DNA from: Hemiscyllium ocellatum
Taxonomy: Eukaryota
Reading direction: 5' to 3'
DNA: 64,000 bases
Assembly (NCBI RefSeq): GCF_020745735.1
Contig: NC_083408.1
Coordinates: 81,622,484 to 81,686,483, forward strand
Under the pieces are notes generated by a model, which was not told the origin of the DNA, made no database searches, and worked only from the letters and a program-made list of their open reading frames with translations. Both the position numbers and the translations under genes were made by a program. Numbering within the stretch: position 1 is the stretch's first letter; each line of letters opens with the position of its first letter. Shown piece after piece: positions 11,836-24,832 of this stretch.

Positions 11836-12239
11836 AGCAAAAACTTCCAGCTCAGCGAGCAGAACCACAACATGGGAATATGCCTCTAGTAACAATTCTG
11901 TTCTTGGATTTTCCATAAAAATGGAGTTTCTTTCTATTTAGTCTTCCAAACCATTCATGACTTTGATCAACTCTATCAAATCATTACTCAGCCTTCTCTT
12001 GTCTGAGAAGAACAGCTTTATTTTCTTCAATATTTCCTTGTAACTGAAATTTCTCATCACTGGAACCATTCCCATAAAATCCTTCTTGCATCCTATCTAA
12101 TGCCTTTGCATTCTTCTCAAGTGATGGTGCTCAGGATTAGGCACCATGCTGTCACCTTTTCTCATTTACAAAGTTCAAATGGATTCACTATTAATGAGTA
12201 GACTTTGATGCTCTTAGTAAAATAATTTTTTTCTTCAAT

Positions 12240-12930
12240 TTACTCATGGGAAGTTGGTGTTGCTGACTTGATCAAAATATATTGCTCATACCTAATTGTC
12301 CTTGAGAAGGTGCTGGTGAGTTGCCCACTTGAAGCGCTGCAGTTCCAGGGGTATAGAGATATTTGCAGTGTCATAGAAAGGATTTTGACCCAGTGACAAT
12401 AAAGGAGCAATGATATAGCTCTGAGTGAGGATGGTGTATGGCTTTGAGGATAACTTGCAGGTGAAGGTATTCTCATATATCTGCTGCCCTTCTTTCTAGG
12501 TGGGTTGAAAAATACTATAGATGGAGCCTGGTGAGTTACAACAGAGTTTCTGGTGGATGGTACTCATTGCTGCTGCTGCTATGCATTGCCAGAGGAGGGA
12601 GTGAATATTGAAGGCTCCTGGATGGGTTGCTCATCATGTGGAATGTTTTTTCCTGGATGTTGTTAGGTTTCTTGAATTTTGTTGGCGATGCGCCCAGCCA
12701 AACAAATGGGAAAAAATTCCATGATACTCCTGACTTGTGCCTTGTGGATGGCAGGCAGGCAGGCATTGAGGAGACGTTAAGCATATTCACTGAAATATTC
12801 CGAGAGTCTGACATGCAGTTGCAGCACAGTATTTATATAGATGATCCAGATCAGTTTCTGATCAATGGTAATCTCTAGGATGGGATCCATCATGGGATTC
12901 AATGATGGTAATGCCATTGAACATCAAGTC
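12240..12930 (-). mobile_element. Degraded CR1/L2-group LINE 3' end
   Basis: CCTAATTGTCCTTGAGAAGGTGCTGGTGAG...AGGATTTTGACCCAGTGACA; same family as 60985-62020 and 41255-41725. Confidence 0.7.
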
Positions 12931-14098
12931 ACAAAATTTTGACTAGGTATAATCTTAATTGTGTTTGGAAGCCAGCTTATATTTTTTATAGTGAAAGATG
13001 GATGAAAATCATGAATCATGCAAGATTTTATTTGTGATGTAGAATGTACTTGGCCCAATAATAAAGACTATCTCCTTGAACAACAAAGAACAACAATAAT
13101 TATTCATGCACTGCTTAACAATGAGCATTGGACAATTGCATAATTGAATGGATAGACAAAACAGCATTGATCAAAACTTGCAGTGGCAAAATCATGAATT
13201 ATGCACATATACCATGTATTGTCAGAATTCTCAATAAAACCCAGAATTCAAATGCAAAAGGTGGAATTCTTTAGTTATGAATAATGGTTGTGTGTTCCTT
13301 CAAATTTTAATAAGAATCAGAAACAATTAAATACTCAGTCAGCTCTAGAAATTTGTATTGCTGTGCCAGATAGTTTCTGAGTTTACCATTTTGTCCCTTT
13401 GAGCTATATGCTTCTGCTCTACTTAAAATTTAATCATTATCTTACTTTAAAACAGCTGAAAGTAAACTCAATTAATTTCAACTTGCATAAATTAGCTAAC
13501 CCAAAAGATACAGAAAATCTATACTCACTCTCAAAACCATATCAGTTTCCAGCAAAGGGAGAGACGATTCAGCCCTCTGTGTCTCTGCTAGCACCTTGTG
13601 GAAACAATCTAACTTTATTTCATCATTCTGATCTGTTCCTGTAGCCTTTCATTTTCCTCAGCTGCAAATTCTTATGCAATTTTTTTTCTCTTTAAAATTG
13701 CAATGGTCTTGCTTTAAATACTTGGATGACATCATTCGTTCCAAAAACCCTTTGCCTAAAATTTCCTTCATGTCTGTCTTTCCCTTCCTAGTGACACTTA
13801 GATTCATTCTGAATAATTTTGACCAAAGTGAACAATCTTGACTTATTCACTTTATCAACACCATTCATAATTTTAAAAATATACACAAGATTTCCTCTTA
13901 CTGCACTGTGTAAATAAATCAGTCATCTTGATTATTTGCATATGTACATTGCAATGTTTATTCTGTAATAAAATACTTAAAATTGCAGTAACTGTAGTCA
14001 AATTGTTGCTGTATCCAAATCTATCTTTTCTTTAACCTTGACACTCTATGCTGTTTATTAAACCCAGTGTGCTTTATTTGTTTTTTTTTATTTTCTAG

Positions 14099-14222
14099 GA
14101 AACGTGTATCTGAACTCCTTGAGGATCTCAATTCCCTCCAAACACAGAGGAAAAATTCATTAGCAATGCTGTAATACCTGGAAATGAAAGGACTGTCAGA
14201 TAGGAGCTCTATTTTGAGGAAT
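14099..14222 (+). other. Candidate exon of an unidentified transcript
   Basis: Long T tract + TTCTAG acceptor and GTGAGT donor; all three frames contain a stop (one reads KRVSELLEDLNSLQTQRKNSLAML*). Confidence 0.3.
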
Positions 14223-15369
14223 GTGAGTCAGAACCATTGTGTGCCACTTACCGTTTTTACTGTGTTTTCCTCTGAGTACCCATTAGTTGCTTTTCATTGA
14301 AAGTATACTCCTGTTCCTTCCCCTTTCTGTCCATCCAAAAACCCGTTGGTGCTCTCCTGAAATCTTTCATCCATCTTTTCACCTTTCCAAATCCCTTCAC
14401 TTTATGTCATCAATTCATTCCAAAATGTGTTCCAGATTTCGAAATAATCTCTGCGTACTGGGAATAACAGTGGACCCAGCACTGATCCTATGGTTCATCA
14501 CAGTGATTTAAACAATAACCGACATTAAAGAATTTCTTTTAGTTATATGTCCATCCACATTTATCCATGCTGCTGCATGTTCTCTTAAATCTGATTTGGT
14601 TTGTAACAAATCCCCAATGTGCCACCTATCAAATGCTTTCAAAGAACCTGCGTAAATAATGTTTTCTGCACTTCATTCATCATCCAAATGTCATATCCTC
14701 AAAAAACTTCATTAGGTTATGAAACACAATTTGCCTTTCACAATGCTAAGTTGGAGGTCCTCAATTAATGCATGTATTTCTAAATACTTCTTAATTGATT
14801 GTGAAATATTGATTCTTGAGGTGAAATTTCATCATGAGATTGAGTTTTATGCTGAGTTGTAAATTACAGCTAATCCATTATTGAATAAACTTAGATGAAT
14901 TTATGCCCCTGCAAGTTTGGCTACAGCAATGTTAGACTAACTGGTCCATATTCACTATTTGATCACATTCCCTCTTCTTGAACAGAGGTATTAACTATTG
15001 CACAATGCATTTCTAAGGAGGGCTTTTGAAAAAATGTGACCAAACTTTTTCTATCCCATCTTTGATTTCTTTCAACACTGATGCTATGTGCTATCAATGA
15101 GATTTATTGGCCAGAAGTTCTATACTTTTCTTAGCAAATCAATTACTGTTTCACAATTATGTATACCGTCTTTTCTTTTTTTTAACTTCAAACAATCACA
15201 GGTATGTAATTTGTAAAAACTAGTTCAAAATATCTATACTTGACATTTTGCTGTTTATCCTTGAATGATTCAATATTTCTAATTCTTTTATGCTTTATAT
15301 GCTTTGTCCCTCCTTCCTTGCTAACTATTGCCCATCATCAAAATCAATTTCCAGTCACAGTCCTTGAAC

Positions 15370-15720
15370 CACTTCTACACCAGTTCCCAACTTTCTCAGA
15401 ACATTATGTTTGAATCCTTTCAATTTCTCCCTCAGCTGCACTATTAAAATGTTTCTTGCCAAGTGAGAAATGACATCCTTTGTGACTCAGAAAAGTAAGC
15501 TATCCTTCCTTATCTTTCTGACCGCTATCTTTCACACAACTGACTACACCATCTTCCTCCAGATCCTCCCTGCCACATCTATCTGGGTAGCACTCACCTT
15601 TTCCATTCTATAACTATGACTATCCAGTCATCATGCCCCCATGATATTCCTTTTGCTATTCCCAAGTCTTTAATTTTGGTTGTCTCCTACTTCTTGTTTA
15701 CATCCTGTTCCATGGCATAA
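15370..15720 (+). repeat. Left arm of an old inverted duplication (decayed L2-like RT remnant)
   Basis: Reverse complement of ~16730-16924 plus 17220-17350; encodes an FHTTDYTIFLQ motif resembling FDTVDH.ILL. Confidence 0.75.
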
Positions 15721-16302
15721 TCTTCTGAGCATACAGCATCAGTTCTATATATGCAAACACTTCTATATCCTCACCCCATCACTCAGCTCTCCCACTGTTC
15801 CCCTAGTAGGAGGTATTTTCAGTCAATCTGTCCAGAGATACAATCACGCATCTCTGGATTTGAACCCAGGTCTCTTGGTCTAGGGTTAGGGGCAGTAGCA
15901 TTACGCCACAAGTGTTCTCCATGCCTTGAGTATGACTTGAATATTAATAGTCTACAGGTGTTAGGTTTTAACAAGGTATTGACTTAAACCCCTTAACAAA
16001 GGAATAGACCTAAACAGTTATAATGGTTAGTAGACTGCATTTATATGTATGCTGATCACCCATAAATACTTTGGACTTGAGAGCTTTCCTGTATTTTGAT
16101 GGTGCATATGTAGGCAAATCACATAATTATATTTGTTTCTCTGGCTAGACTTTCCTGGAACAGTGCACCACAGAGTATAGCATAGATCACATATTGGACT
16201 TAGCAGCAATCCCAATTAAAGTAAAAGCAACTCATCTTCGCTTCAGTAGGATTGCCTAAAAAGAAGATAGATCTATGTTGGAGGTTTCTGTTCAAAGCTG
16301 GA

Positions 16303-16643
16303 GAATCATAGAATCCCTACAGTGTGGAAAGAGGCCATCAGCCCTTCGAGTTATCACTGATCTTCCAGAGACCATCCCACACAGACTCAATCCCTCCACT
16401 CCCGTAACCCTGCATTTACCATGGCTAATGCATCAAACTTGCATCCCATGGGGCAACTTAGCATGGCCAATCCACATGACTTACACATCTTTGGACTGTG
16501 GGAAGAAACCAGAGCACCCAGCAGAACCCCACACAAAACCAAGGCGGATGTTCAGACTCCACACAGACAGTTGCCCAAGGATGGAATCAAACCTGAGTCC
16601 CTGGTGCTATAAGGCAGCAATGCTAACCACTGAGCCACCATGG
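16303..16643 (-). mobile_element. HE1-type SINE
   Basis: Ends GCAATGCTAACCACTGAGCCACC; body GGCAACTTAGCATGGCCAATCCAC. Confidence 0.9.
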
Positions 16644-16729
16644 TGAGTAATCTGAGTTAGAGCTGAGAGATAGGGTTGGGATAAAGATGTGGTTGTACAC
16701 GTGAAACTGATGCTGTATTTTCAAGAGAT

Positions 16730-17350
16730 GGAGCCATGGGAGTACACAGGAAATAGGAGGCAATCAAAGTTAAAAACTTGAGAATCCCAGAAGTAATGCA
16801 ATGGGGGCATAATGACTGACTAGTCATATTTATAGAATAAAACGGGGTGAGTGCTAGCCAGATGGATGTGGCAGGGAGGCTCTGGAGGAAGATGGTGTAG
16901 TCATCTGTGTGAAAAATATCAGTTAGAAAGATTAGGTTACTTACAGTGTGGAAACAGGCCCTTTGGCCCAACAAGTCCACACCGACCCAATATCCACTCA
17001 GACCCATTCCCCTACATTTACCCATGCACCTAACACTACAGGCAATCTAGCATGGCCAATCCACCTGACCTGCACATTTTTGGACTATGGGAGGAAACCC
17101 ACACAGACACTGGGAGAATATGCAAACTCCATACAGTTAGTCACCTGATGCAGGAATTGAACCCAGGTCTCTGGCACTGTGCGGCAGCAGTGCTAATCAC
17201 TGTGCCATTGTGCCACCCATAACGATAAGGAAGGATAGCTTACCTTTTTGGGTCACAAAGAATGTCATTTCTCATTTGTTGAAATACATTTTAATAGTGA
17301 AACTGAGGGAGAAGTTGAAAGGATTCAATTGATAAATTACTGAGAAAATT
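16730..17350 (-). repeat. Right arm of the old inverted duplication, interrupted by a SINE
   Basis: GATAAGGAAGGATAGCTTAC and GGAGGAAGATGGTGTAGTCA are reverse complements of 15495-15560. Confidence 0.75.
16925..17218 (-). mobile_element. HE1-type SINE
   Basis: TTACTTACAGTGTGGAAACAGGCCCTTTGGCCCAACAAGTCC ... GCAGTGCTAATCACTGTGCC. Confidence 0.92.
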
Positions 17351-17994
17351 CAAAGATCAATCTGTATCAAGCATGGCTTACTGGAGACTCTCCCATTCCT
17401 AGCACCTACCATATTCTGTACTGAAATGAGTTACAGGTTGATACTTAATGGCCACATCATGCATACATATTCCATGCTGTTAAGTCTTGGAGTGGGAATC
17501 CAACTAAAACGTCTAGATCAGAGTTAGGGGCATGACTGACTGTGCTACAAGATCCCCAGCTGACCATAATAAATGCTCATTAAAGGGTATAAGGATAGTC
17601 TGGAGTGCCAAGATTCATTGATATTGCTGGAAAATAATTTAGTAGCAAACTGAAGGATTAAGTTAGAAACTAAGTTCCGGGTTCAAGCCTCATCCGCTCC
17701 ATTTTCGTGTAATAACATCTCTGTACAGGTTGATTAAAAAATACCAAGATACATGAAAAATTATAACCCTGCAAGGCTGTAGAGGGAGCTCTTACACATA
17801 ATATCTATCTCCATTGATTCAATATAGGTAATACTGAGTCCACTCATTTAACTGAGTTGGAAGAACATTATTGCTGTATTGCATAAAATCCTTTTGTACT
17901 GTAAAGAACCGATGAAAATACTATAATGTAACCCATGCATTGCACATTTTAATAAGCAACTGTCAATACAAACCAGAATCAAAGTATCATGATT

Positions 17995-19015
17995 TAGAAC
18001 TTAAGAACATAAGATCTCGGAGCAGGAGTCGGCCATCTGGCCCTTCGAGTCTGCTCCACCATTAAATTTGATCACGGATGATCTTTTTGTGGACTCAGCT
18101 CCACTTACCCGTGCTCGCACCGTATCCCTTAATTCCTTTATTGTTAAAAAAAAATCTGTCTTAGCTTTAAAAACGTTTAATGAAGTAGCATTAACCACTT
18201 CACTTGGCAGGGAATTCCACAGATTTACAATCCTATGGATGAAGAAGTTCCTTCTCAATTCAGTCCTAAATCTGCATCCCCTAGTTCTGAGGCTATGCCC
18301 TCTTGTCCTAATTTCACCCACCTGTAGAAACATCCTCTCTACTTCTATCTTATCTATTCCCTTCTTAATTTGATATGTTTTAATAAGATTCCCCCTCACT
18401 CTTCTCAATTCCACTCTATAATAATCCCACTCTACTCAGCCTCTCCTCAGAAGCCAACCCCCTCACCTCCAGAATCAACCTATTGAACTTCCTTTGAACC
18501 CCCTCTTGTGCCAGTACATCCTTTCTTAAATAAGGAGGCTAAAACTGTGCACAGTACTCCAAGTGTGGCCTCACCAGCACCCTATTTGGCTGCGATATAA
18601 CCTCCCTGCTTTTAAACTCAACCCCTTTAGCAATGAAGGACAAAATCCCATTTGCTTCCTAATTACGTGTTGTACCTGCAGACCAACCCTCTGTGATTCA
18701 TGCACAAGGATACTCAGGTCCCCCTTCACAGCAGCATGCTGCAACTTTTTACCGTTCAAGTAATAATCCTTTTTACCGTTATTCCTACCAAAATGGATGA
18801 CTTCACGTTTATTATTATTCGAATAATCGAGGATCCTCTATGTTCCACATCAACTGGGACTCCGTTGTCCACCTTGCTCATAATGTCTTCATAGAATTCC
18901 AAAAGATTTGTTAAGCATAATCTGTCCTTCATGAACCCATGCTGCACCTGCCCAACGGGGCAATTTCTATCAAGATGCCTTGCTATTACTTCCTTGATAA
19001 TAGACTCAAGCATCT
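17995..19015 (-). mobile_element. CR1 LINE 3' fragment (second CR1 family)
   Basis: Peptides MLESIIKEVIARHL..QHGFMKDRLCLTNLLEFYE and LRRVRGNLIKTY...RRNFFIHRIVNLWNSLP; (TTCTTA) tail. Confidence 0.92.
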
Positions 19016-19077
19016 TGGTGAAGTTAACCAATTTAACTGAGTTTTTCAGCACTCAGTAACACAGATTACTCACCATA

Positions 19078-19390
19078 GGGTGACATGGAGCCTGAAAGCT
19101 GGGTTTGATTCCAGCCTTGGGCTGTATGGAGTTTGCACATTCTTCTTTTGTCAGTGTGGGTTTCTGCTGGATGCTCTGGTTTCCTTCCACAGTCCAAAGA
19201 TGTGTAGGTTAGATGGGTTTGCCAGACTAAATTGCCCCATAATGAGGAATTTAGGTACATTAGCCATGTTAAATGTGGGGTTACAGGGGCGGAGGGATTG
19301 GTTCGGTGTGGGACGTTCTTTGGAGGGTCACTGATGAGTCAAAGGGGCTGAATGGTCTCTTTTCACACTGTGGGGATTTTTTGATTCTCT
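19078..19390 (+). mobile_element. HE1-type SINE, degraded
   Basis: GGGTTTGATTCCAGCCTTGGG...GGAGTTTGCACATTC...CACAGTCCAAAGATGTG. Confidence 0.8.
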
Positions 19391-19429
19391 AGCTTTGAAC
19401 AGAAGCCTACAGCATAGTTCTAGCTTCTT

Positions 19430-19940
19430 TACTCGCAGTCCCACAGGAGTGAAGATGAGTTGTTTTTACTTTAGTTGAGATAGCTGATCGGTTCAATGCG
19501 TGATCTGCAGACTCTACCACACACATGATAGTTGTTGTAGTGTTTGTGGTGCATAAAGGTGGATGCTGGAGAGTTTTTGTGCACTTCTTTTTACTCCTTG
19601 ACTTCACCCCTGCATGTTTAATGCATGGTTTTCTGATGCTTTCCCATATGAACAAACTCTATTTCGGTGCATCATGAATTAGGGCTGACATGAATTAGCA
19701 ATATGTTAGACATCTCCTGAGATGCTTTGAGGTTATTCCTACTGTCTTCATGGTCTTCAGGAGTCTTTTGCTGCAAACTTCTGAACAGTTGCTTCATAAG
19801 ATTGGTGTTAGCATAAGAATGATCTATCCTACCCACTAGAGCTTGCTTTTAGTGATTCTTTTCAACTTGGTATTATCCTGGGAAGTAGTGCAGATCCGAG
19901 ACTATGCTGTGCGTATTTACAGATTCATGAGGGTTAGGTG
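19430..19940 (-). mobile_element. RTE-clade LINE 3' remnant
   Basis: Minus strand near 19475-19525 translates HVCGRVCRSRIEPISYL, matching the C-terminal C..CGR.C.SRIGL.SH motif of RTE elements. Confidence 0.6.
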
Positions 19941-19949
19941 TTTAAGAAA

Positions 19950-20565
19950 GCATATGAGATTAGCTGAGATATGGAATACTAAAACAGGGAGGCTATACTG
20001 GAACTATAAAAAATGCTGGTTAGGCCTCAACTGCAGTACTGTGTGCACTTCTGGTCATCACATTGTAGGAGAGATATGATTGCACTAAGGAGGATGCAGA
20101 AGAGATTTATCAGGATGCTGCTTGGGTTGAAAGATCTGAGCGATGAGGAAAGATTGGATTGACTTAGAATTGCTTTCCTTGGAATAGCAAACTTTGAGAG
20201 GCAACCTGAAAGAGATGTGTAAGGTTGTGAGGGGTAGAGTTAGGGTAGGAAGATATTTGTTCATTATTGGAGGGGTCAATAGCCAAAAGACATAGATGTA
20301 GAGTAAGAGGTAAGAGTCTGAGACAGGAGCTGAGGAGAATATTTTTTATCCCCAGAGTGGTATGGAGCAGAAATTCACTGTCTGAAAGAATGAATGAGTC
20401 AGGAACTCTTGAAACATTTAAGCAGTATTAGATATTCACTTTGCATTGTCAAAGCTTTCAGAAAGATGGGCCGGCACTGGAAAATGGGATTAGTGAAGTT
20501 AGATCTTTGTTGAATGGCATGAACACATTGGCTCTTTCTGTGCTGTCAATGTTTATGAGTCTATG
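19950..20565 (+). mobile_element. CR1 3' fragment, degraded
   Basis: GCAGAAGAGATTTATCAGGATGCTGC..., tail TTTATGAGTCTATGA. Confidence 0.8.
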
Positions 20566-20569
20566 AGAG

Positions 20570-21260
20570 TTCCTAGCTTCTGTTCTTCTCTTGTTACTAT
20601 AGAATTTTTATGGGTGATCCTGTTCAGTTTCTGGTCAATGGTAACCTCAAGGATGATGATAGTTAGTGAGTCAGTGATGATTATGCTATTAAACATCAAG
20701 GAGGGTCAGATTCTCTCTTGCTGGAGCTGGTCATTGTCTGGCACTTGTGCGGCATGAATTTTACTTGCCATTTATTCTAGACCCAAAATCTACATAGCCA
20801 GATCTTGCTGTAAACGAACACTTACAGCTAAAGTATCTGATAAGTTGTGAATGTTGCTGAACATTGTTCTATCATTAGATCGCTTCTGATCTCATGATGG
20901 AGGGGCAAATGGAATCGGTTCAAGGCCAATATCAGTGATGCTGGCAACGTAGGGAAAAGGTCAAGTGGAACATCTGCTTGTTACTTCTGAAGATGAATAA
21001 AAATGCTTCAACCTTGTCTTTTGCACAGATGTATTGATCTCCTCCATCATTGAGGATGTGAACATTTGTGGAGTTTCATCCACATATTAATTGTTTAATT
21101 GTTCACCAGGACTACATTGTCAGAACTGGTCCATTGGTTATGAGATCACTTCACCCTGTCTATTGCACGTTACTTCAGTATTTAACTCAGTTAATTCAGC
21201 GTTGTGGTTTCTCCAAGTTCACACCTCGTGTTTAGGTTTGCTCGGTGCTGCCTCTCGCAC
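20570..21260 (-). mobile_element. Degraded CR1/L2-group LINE internal fragment
   Basis: TTCAGTTTCTGGTCAATGGTAACCTCAAGGATG...TGGCACTTGTGCGGCATGAATTTTACTTGCCA, similar to 61500-61900. Confidence 0.6.
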
Positions 21261-21752
21261 GTCCATCTGAACTCTTCACTAAGCCTTGATGATGAAAAGT
21301 TTGGCACGTGAGAGGATGTTGCTGTCTGACCATTAATTATCACTGCATTTGGCGATGTTCGCAAAGGTACAAATTGCACAAATAGCACTTTGAGTGTGTG
21401 TAAGTTGTCCAGATCCTTGAAGCATATGGAAGCATGGAGATCAATGCTCCCAATTAACTATGGTCTGAATGTCATGTCCGAGGACCTGGTCCTCAAAGAA
21501 ATCTTTATTAAAAATCCTGGAAATCATTACTTTCTGTTCCTTGGGAGCCTGCTCTCAACAAACAGCAACTGGCCGAAATATTAAATCTGTTTTTCCAGAG
21601 ATGCAGCCTGAATGGTTGAGTTTATCCAGCACTATGTTTTTATTTCATATTTTCAGCATTTGCAGTTTTTTAAAAAAAAATTATTGTAGCAATTGGCTGA
21701 CTGTGAAAACAAGTATATAAACTGATATAATCTGAGCTGATGTTGTGACTGG

Positions 21753-22829
21753 GCAGAAGTGGGTACTGCAGATGGTGGAGATTAGAGTCAAGATTAGTGT
21801 GCGCTGGAAAAACACAGCAGGTCAGGCAGCATCCGAGGAGTAGGAAAATCGATGTTTCAGGCAAAAGCCTTTCATCAGGAATAGGCTGGAAGCCTCGGGG
21901 GTGGAGAGATAAATGGGAAGGGGATGGGGTTGGGGGTAAAGTAGCTGAGAGTACAATGGATGGAGATGGGGGTAAAGGTGATAGGTTGGAGAGGAGGGTG
22001 GAATGGGTAGGTGGGAAGGAAGATTGACAGGTCGGACAGTTTGTATGGATGGTGCTGAGCTGTAAGGTTGGAATTGGTGTAAGAAGGGGGGAGGGGAAGT
22101 GATGAAACTGGTGAAGTCCACATTGAGTCCATGGGTTTGAACGTCCCAAGGTGGAAGATGAGGTGTTCTTCCTCCAGGGTGGTGAGGGATTGGCAATGGA
22201 GGAGGCTCTGCGAGAAGGCTTCTGGCCTACCCAATATAGAGGAGACTGCTTCGGGAGCAATGGATACATTAAAAGACATATGTGCAGAGCACTTCAAAGA
22301 ACATCTCCGGGACACCCTTACTAATCAACCCTGCTGCCCTGTGGCTGAACATTTCAATTCCGTCTCCCACTCTGCTGAGGACATGCAGGTCCTGGGCCTC
22401 CTCTATTGCCACTCCCTAATCACTCGACGCCCGGAGGAAGAACGTCTCATCTTCTGCCTTGGAACATTTCAACCCCAGGGCATCAATGTGGACTTCACCA
22501 GTTTCCTCATTTCCCCTCCCCCCATCTTACCCCTGTTCCAACCTTCCAGCTCAGAACGATCTTCAAGACCTGTCCCACCTGTCAATCTTTCTTCTCACCT
22601 ATCTGCTCCACCCTCCTCTCTGACCTATCACCTTTACCCCCATCTCCATCCACCTATTGCACTCTCAGCTACCTTCTCCCCAGTCCCACTCCCCCTCTTA
22701 TTTACCTCTCCACTCCCGTGGCTCCCAGCCTCATTCCGTTGGAGGGCTTTTGCCCGAAATGTTGATTTTCTTGCTCCTCGGATACCTGACCTGCTGTGTT
22801 ATTCCAACGCCACTCTAATCTTAACTCTG
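21753..22829. mobile_element. PLE family A, inverted pair of GIY-YIG 3' ends with two decayed HHRs
   Basis: Plus arm PVAEHFNS.SHS.EDMQVLGL...EEERLIFCLGTFQPQGINVDF; minus arm EEEHLIFHLGTFKP; HHR remnants at 21846-21882 (-) and ~22733-22768 (+). Confidence 0.88.
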
Positions 22830-23105
22830 ATTTTTTTTTAGATTAGATTATACTTACAGTGTGGAAACAGGCCCTTCGGCCCAACAAGTCCACACCGACC
22901 CGCCGAAGCGCAACCCACCCATACCCCTACATTTACCCCTACCTAACACTACGGGCAATTTAGCATGGCCAATTCACCTGACCCGCACATCTTTGGACTG
23001 TGGGAGGAAACCGGAGGAAACCCATGCAGACCTGAGTCGGGAATTGAACCCGGGTCTCAGGCGCTGTGAGGCAGCAGTGCTAACCACTGTGCCACCGTGC
23101 CGCCC
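22830..23105 (-). mobile_element. Young HE1-type SINE with internal deletions
   Basis: (TTAGA)n tail; CpG-intact head GCTAACCACTGTGCCACCGTGCCGCCC. Confidence 0.93.
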
Positions 23106-23937
23106 ACTTGTGACTGGACAAGTCAGATGCCTGATTGAAATGTGGCATGACGGATCATATTTTGTTCCTTTCAATTTAACATGGCTGTCTTTCACTGAAA
23201 CTTAAACACACAAGGCTGATTTGCTTTTGACAATAAAACAGAAGTGTATTACCCAAACAGCAAAAACCAAACTAGTCCATTGTTTCATTTCTCTCGGAGC
23301 TGCTTAGCCTTATTCCACAGTGTGGCCCAAGTAAATCAATTTTACTTCAGCAAATTCACTCTTAACCAAATTTACAACTAATTTGGCACCTTGTAGCCAT
23401 TAAATGGTTCAGTGAAGTGACGTAAATGACCTTCCCAGTATTAGCTGCAAACAACTAAGTCATCAATGTAAATCATGCAGTTACATATACTTTCAATGAA
23501 CTAGTCAATTGTTGGAACTTTGCGTGTACAATTTTCATTTCAACTTTGCATTGGTAAAGTTTATCTGCTTTATAAAGACTGATAGTTCTTTGGCTCTGGA
23601 ACTTGTCAATGTTCTTTTAACAAGTCAATTTTGGTGACAAATCATTTGTGTCCAATTCTTTCAATGTAGTCCTCCAAGTGTGGAATAGGACATGAATCTG
23701 ATTTTGTGACTGCCTTGTCTTTGTAATAATCAATATAGAATTTTTGCAAGCCACTCAGTTTTCGAACATCACAATAACTGAGTCACAAAGTCTATGGCAA
23801 GATTTGTGGCAGAATTAGATGAAAAATGCAGTGAAGCCTACCTTGATGACAGGAGCATTGTCCTCCAAATTTTATGATTTTTATGAACGGCGCGACAAGT
23901 TTATCGTGAGCCAGTGGTAAGTTGACAATTGCCTATT

Positions 23938-24832
23938 CTGTGACTACCTGGTCAGGTCCACGCCCCCCAACACACCACCCTCCTGTCCTGGCACCCTTCC
24001 CTGCTACCACAGGAATTGCAAAACCTGCGCCCACACCTCCGCCCTCACCGCCATCCAAGGCCCCAAAGGAGCCTTCCACGTCCATCAAAGTTTCACCTGC
24101 ACATCCACCAAAGTCATTTATTGTATCCGTTGCTCCCGGTGCGGTATCATCTACATTAGGGAGACTAGACACCTACTCTTAGAGCGCTTCAGGGAACATC
24201 TCCAGGCCACCCACACCAATTAACCACATCACCCTGTGGCCCAACATTTCAACTCCCTCTCCCACTCTGCCAAGGACTGCAGGTCCTGAGCCTCCTCCAC
24301 TGCTGCTCCCTCACCACCCGATGCCTGGAGGAAGAACGCCTCATCTTCCGCCTCAGAACACTTCAACCCCCAGGGCATCAATGTGGACTTCACCAGTTTC
24401 CTCATTTCCCCTCCCCTCACCTTACCCCAGTTCCAACCTTCCAGCTCAGCACCATCCTCATGACTTGTCCCACCTGCCAACCTCCCTTCTCACCTATCTG
24501 CTCCACCCTTCCCTCTGACCTATCCCCTCAATCCCCATCCCCATTCACCTATTGTACACTTTTCTACCTTCCTCCACCCTCCTCCCTGACCTATCACCTC
24601 AATCCCCACTCCCATTCACCTATTGTACTCTTTGCCACCTTCTCCCCAGCCCCCTACCCCCTGCCATTTATCTTTCCACCCTGGAGGCTTGCTGCCTCTA
24701 TTCCTGATGAAGGGTCTTTGCCCAAAACATTGATTTTCCTGCTCCTCGGATGCTGACAGACCTGCTGTGCTTTTCCAGCACCACTCTGATTTAAACTCTC
24801 GTTTCTAGCATCTGCAGTCCTCACCTTTGCCT
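23938..24832 (+). mobile_element. PLE family A 3' fragment (GIY-YIG + HHR tail)
   Basis: Translates FTCTSTKVIYCIRCSRCGIIYIRET...ERFREHL; CTGATGA core at 24704; 11-bp TSD AATTGCCTATT at 23927-23937 and 24833-24843. Confidence 0.92.

Larger units (their letters stand above)
9723..11871. mobile_element. Young Penelope-like element (family B): two 5'-truncated copies in inverted (divergent) arrangement
   Basis: Arms ~9759-10631 and ~10994-11871 are near-identical reverse complements; perfect 12-bp TSD ATGGGAATATGC at 9711-9722 and 11872-11883. Confidence 0.96.

Noticed and set aside
16275-16646. Recurrent GNLAWPIHLTCTSLDCGRKPEH ORFs as a gene family
   Set aside because: Antisense translation of HE1 SINEs
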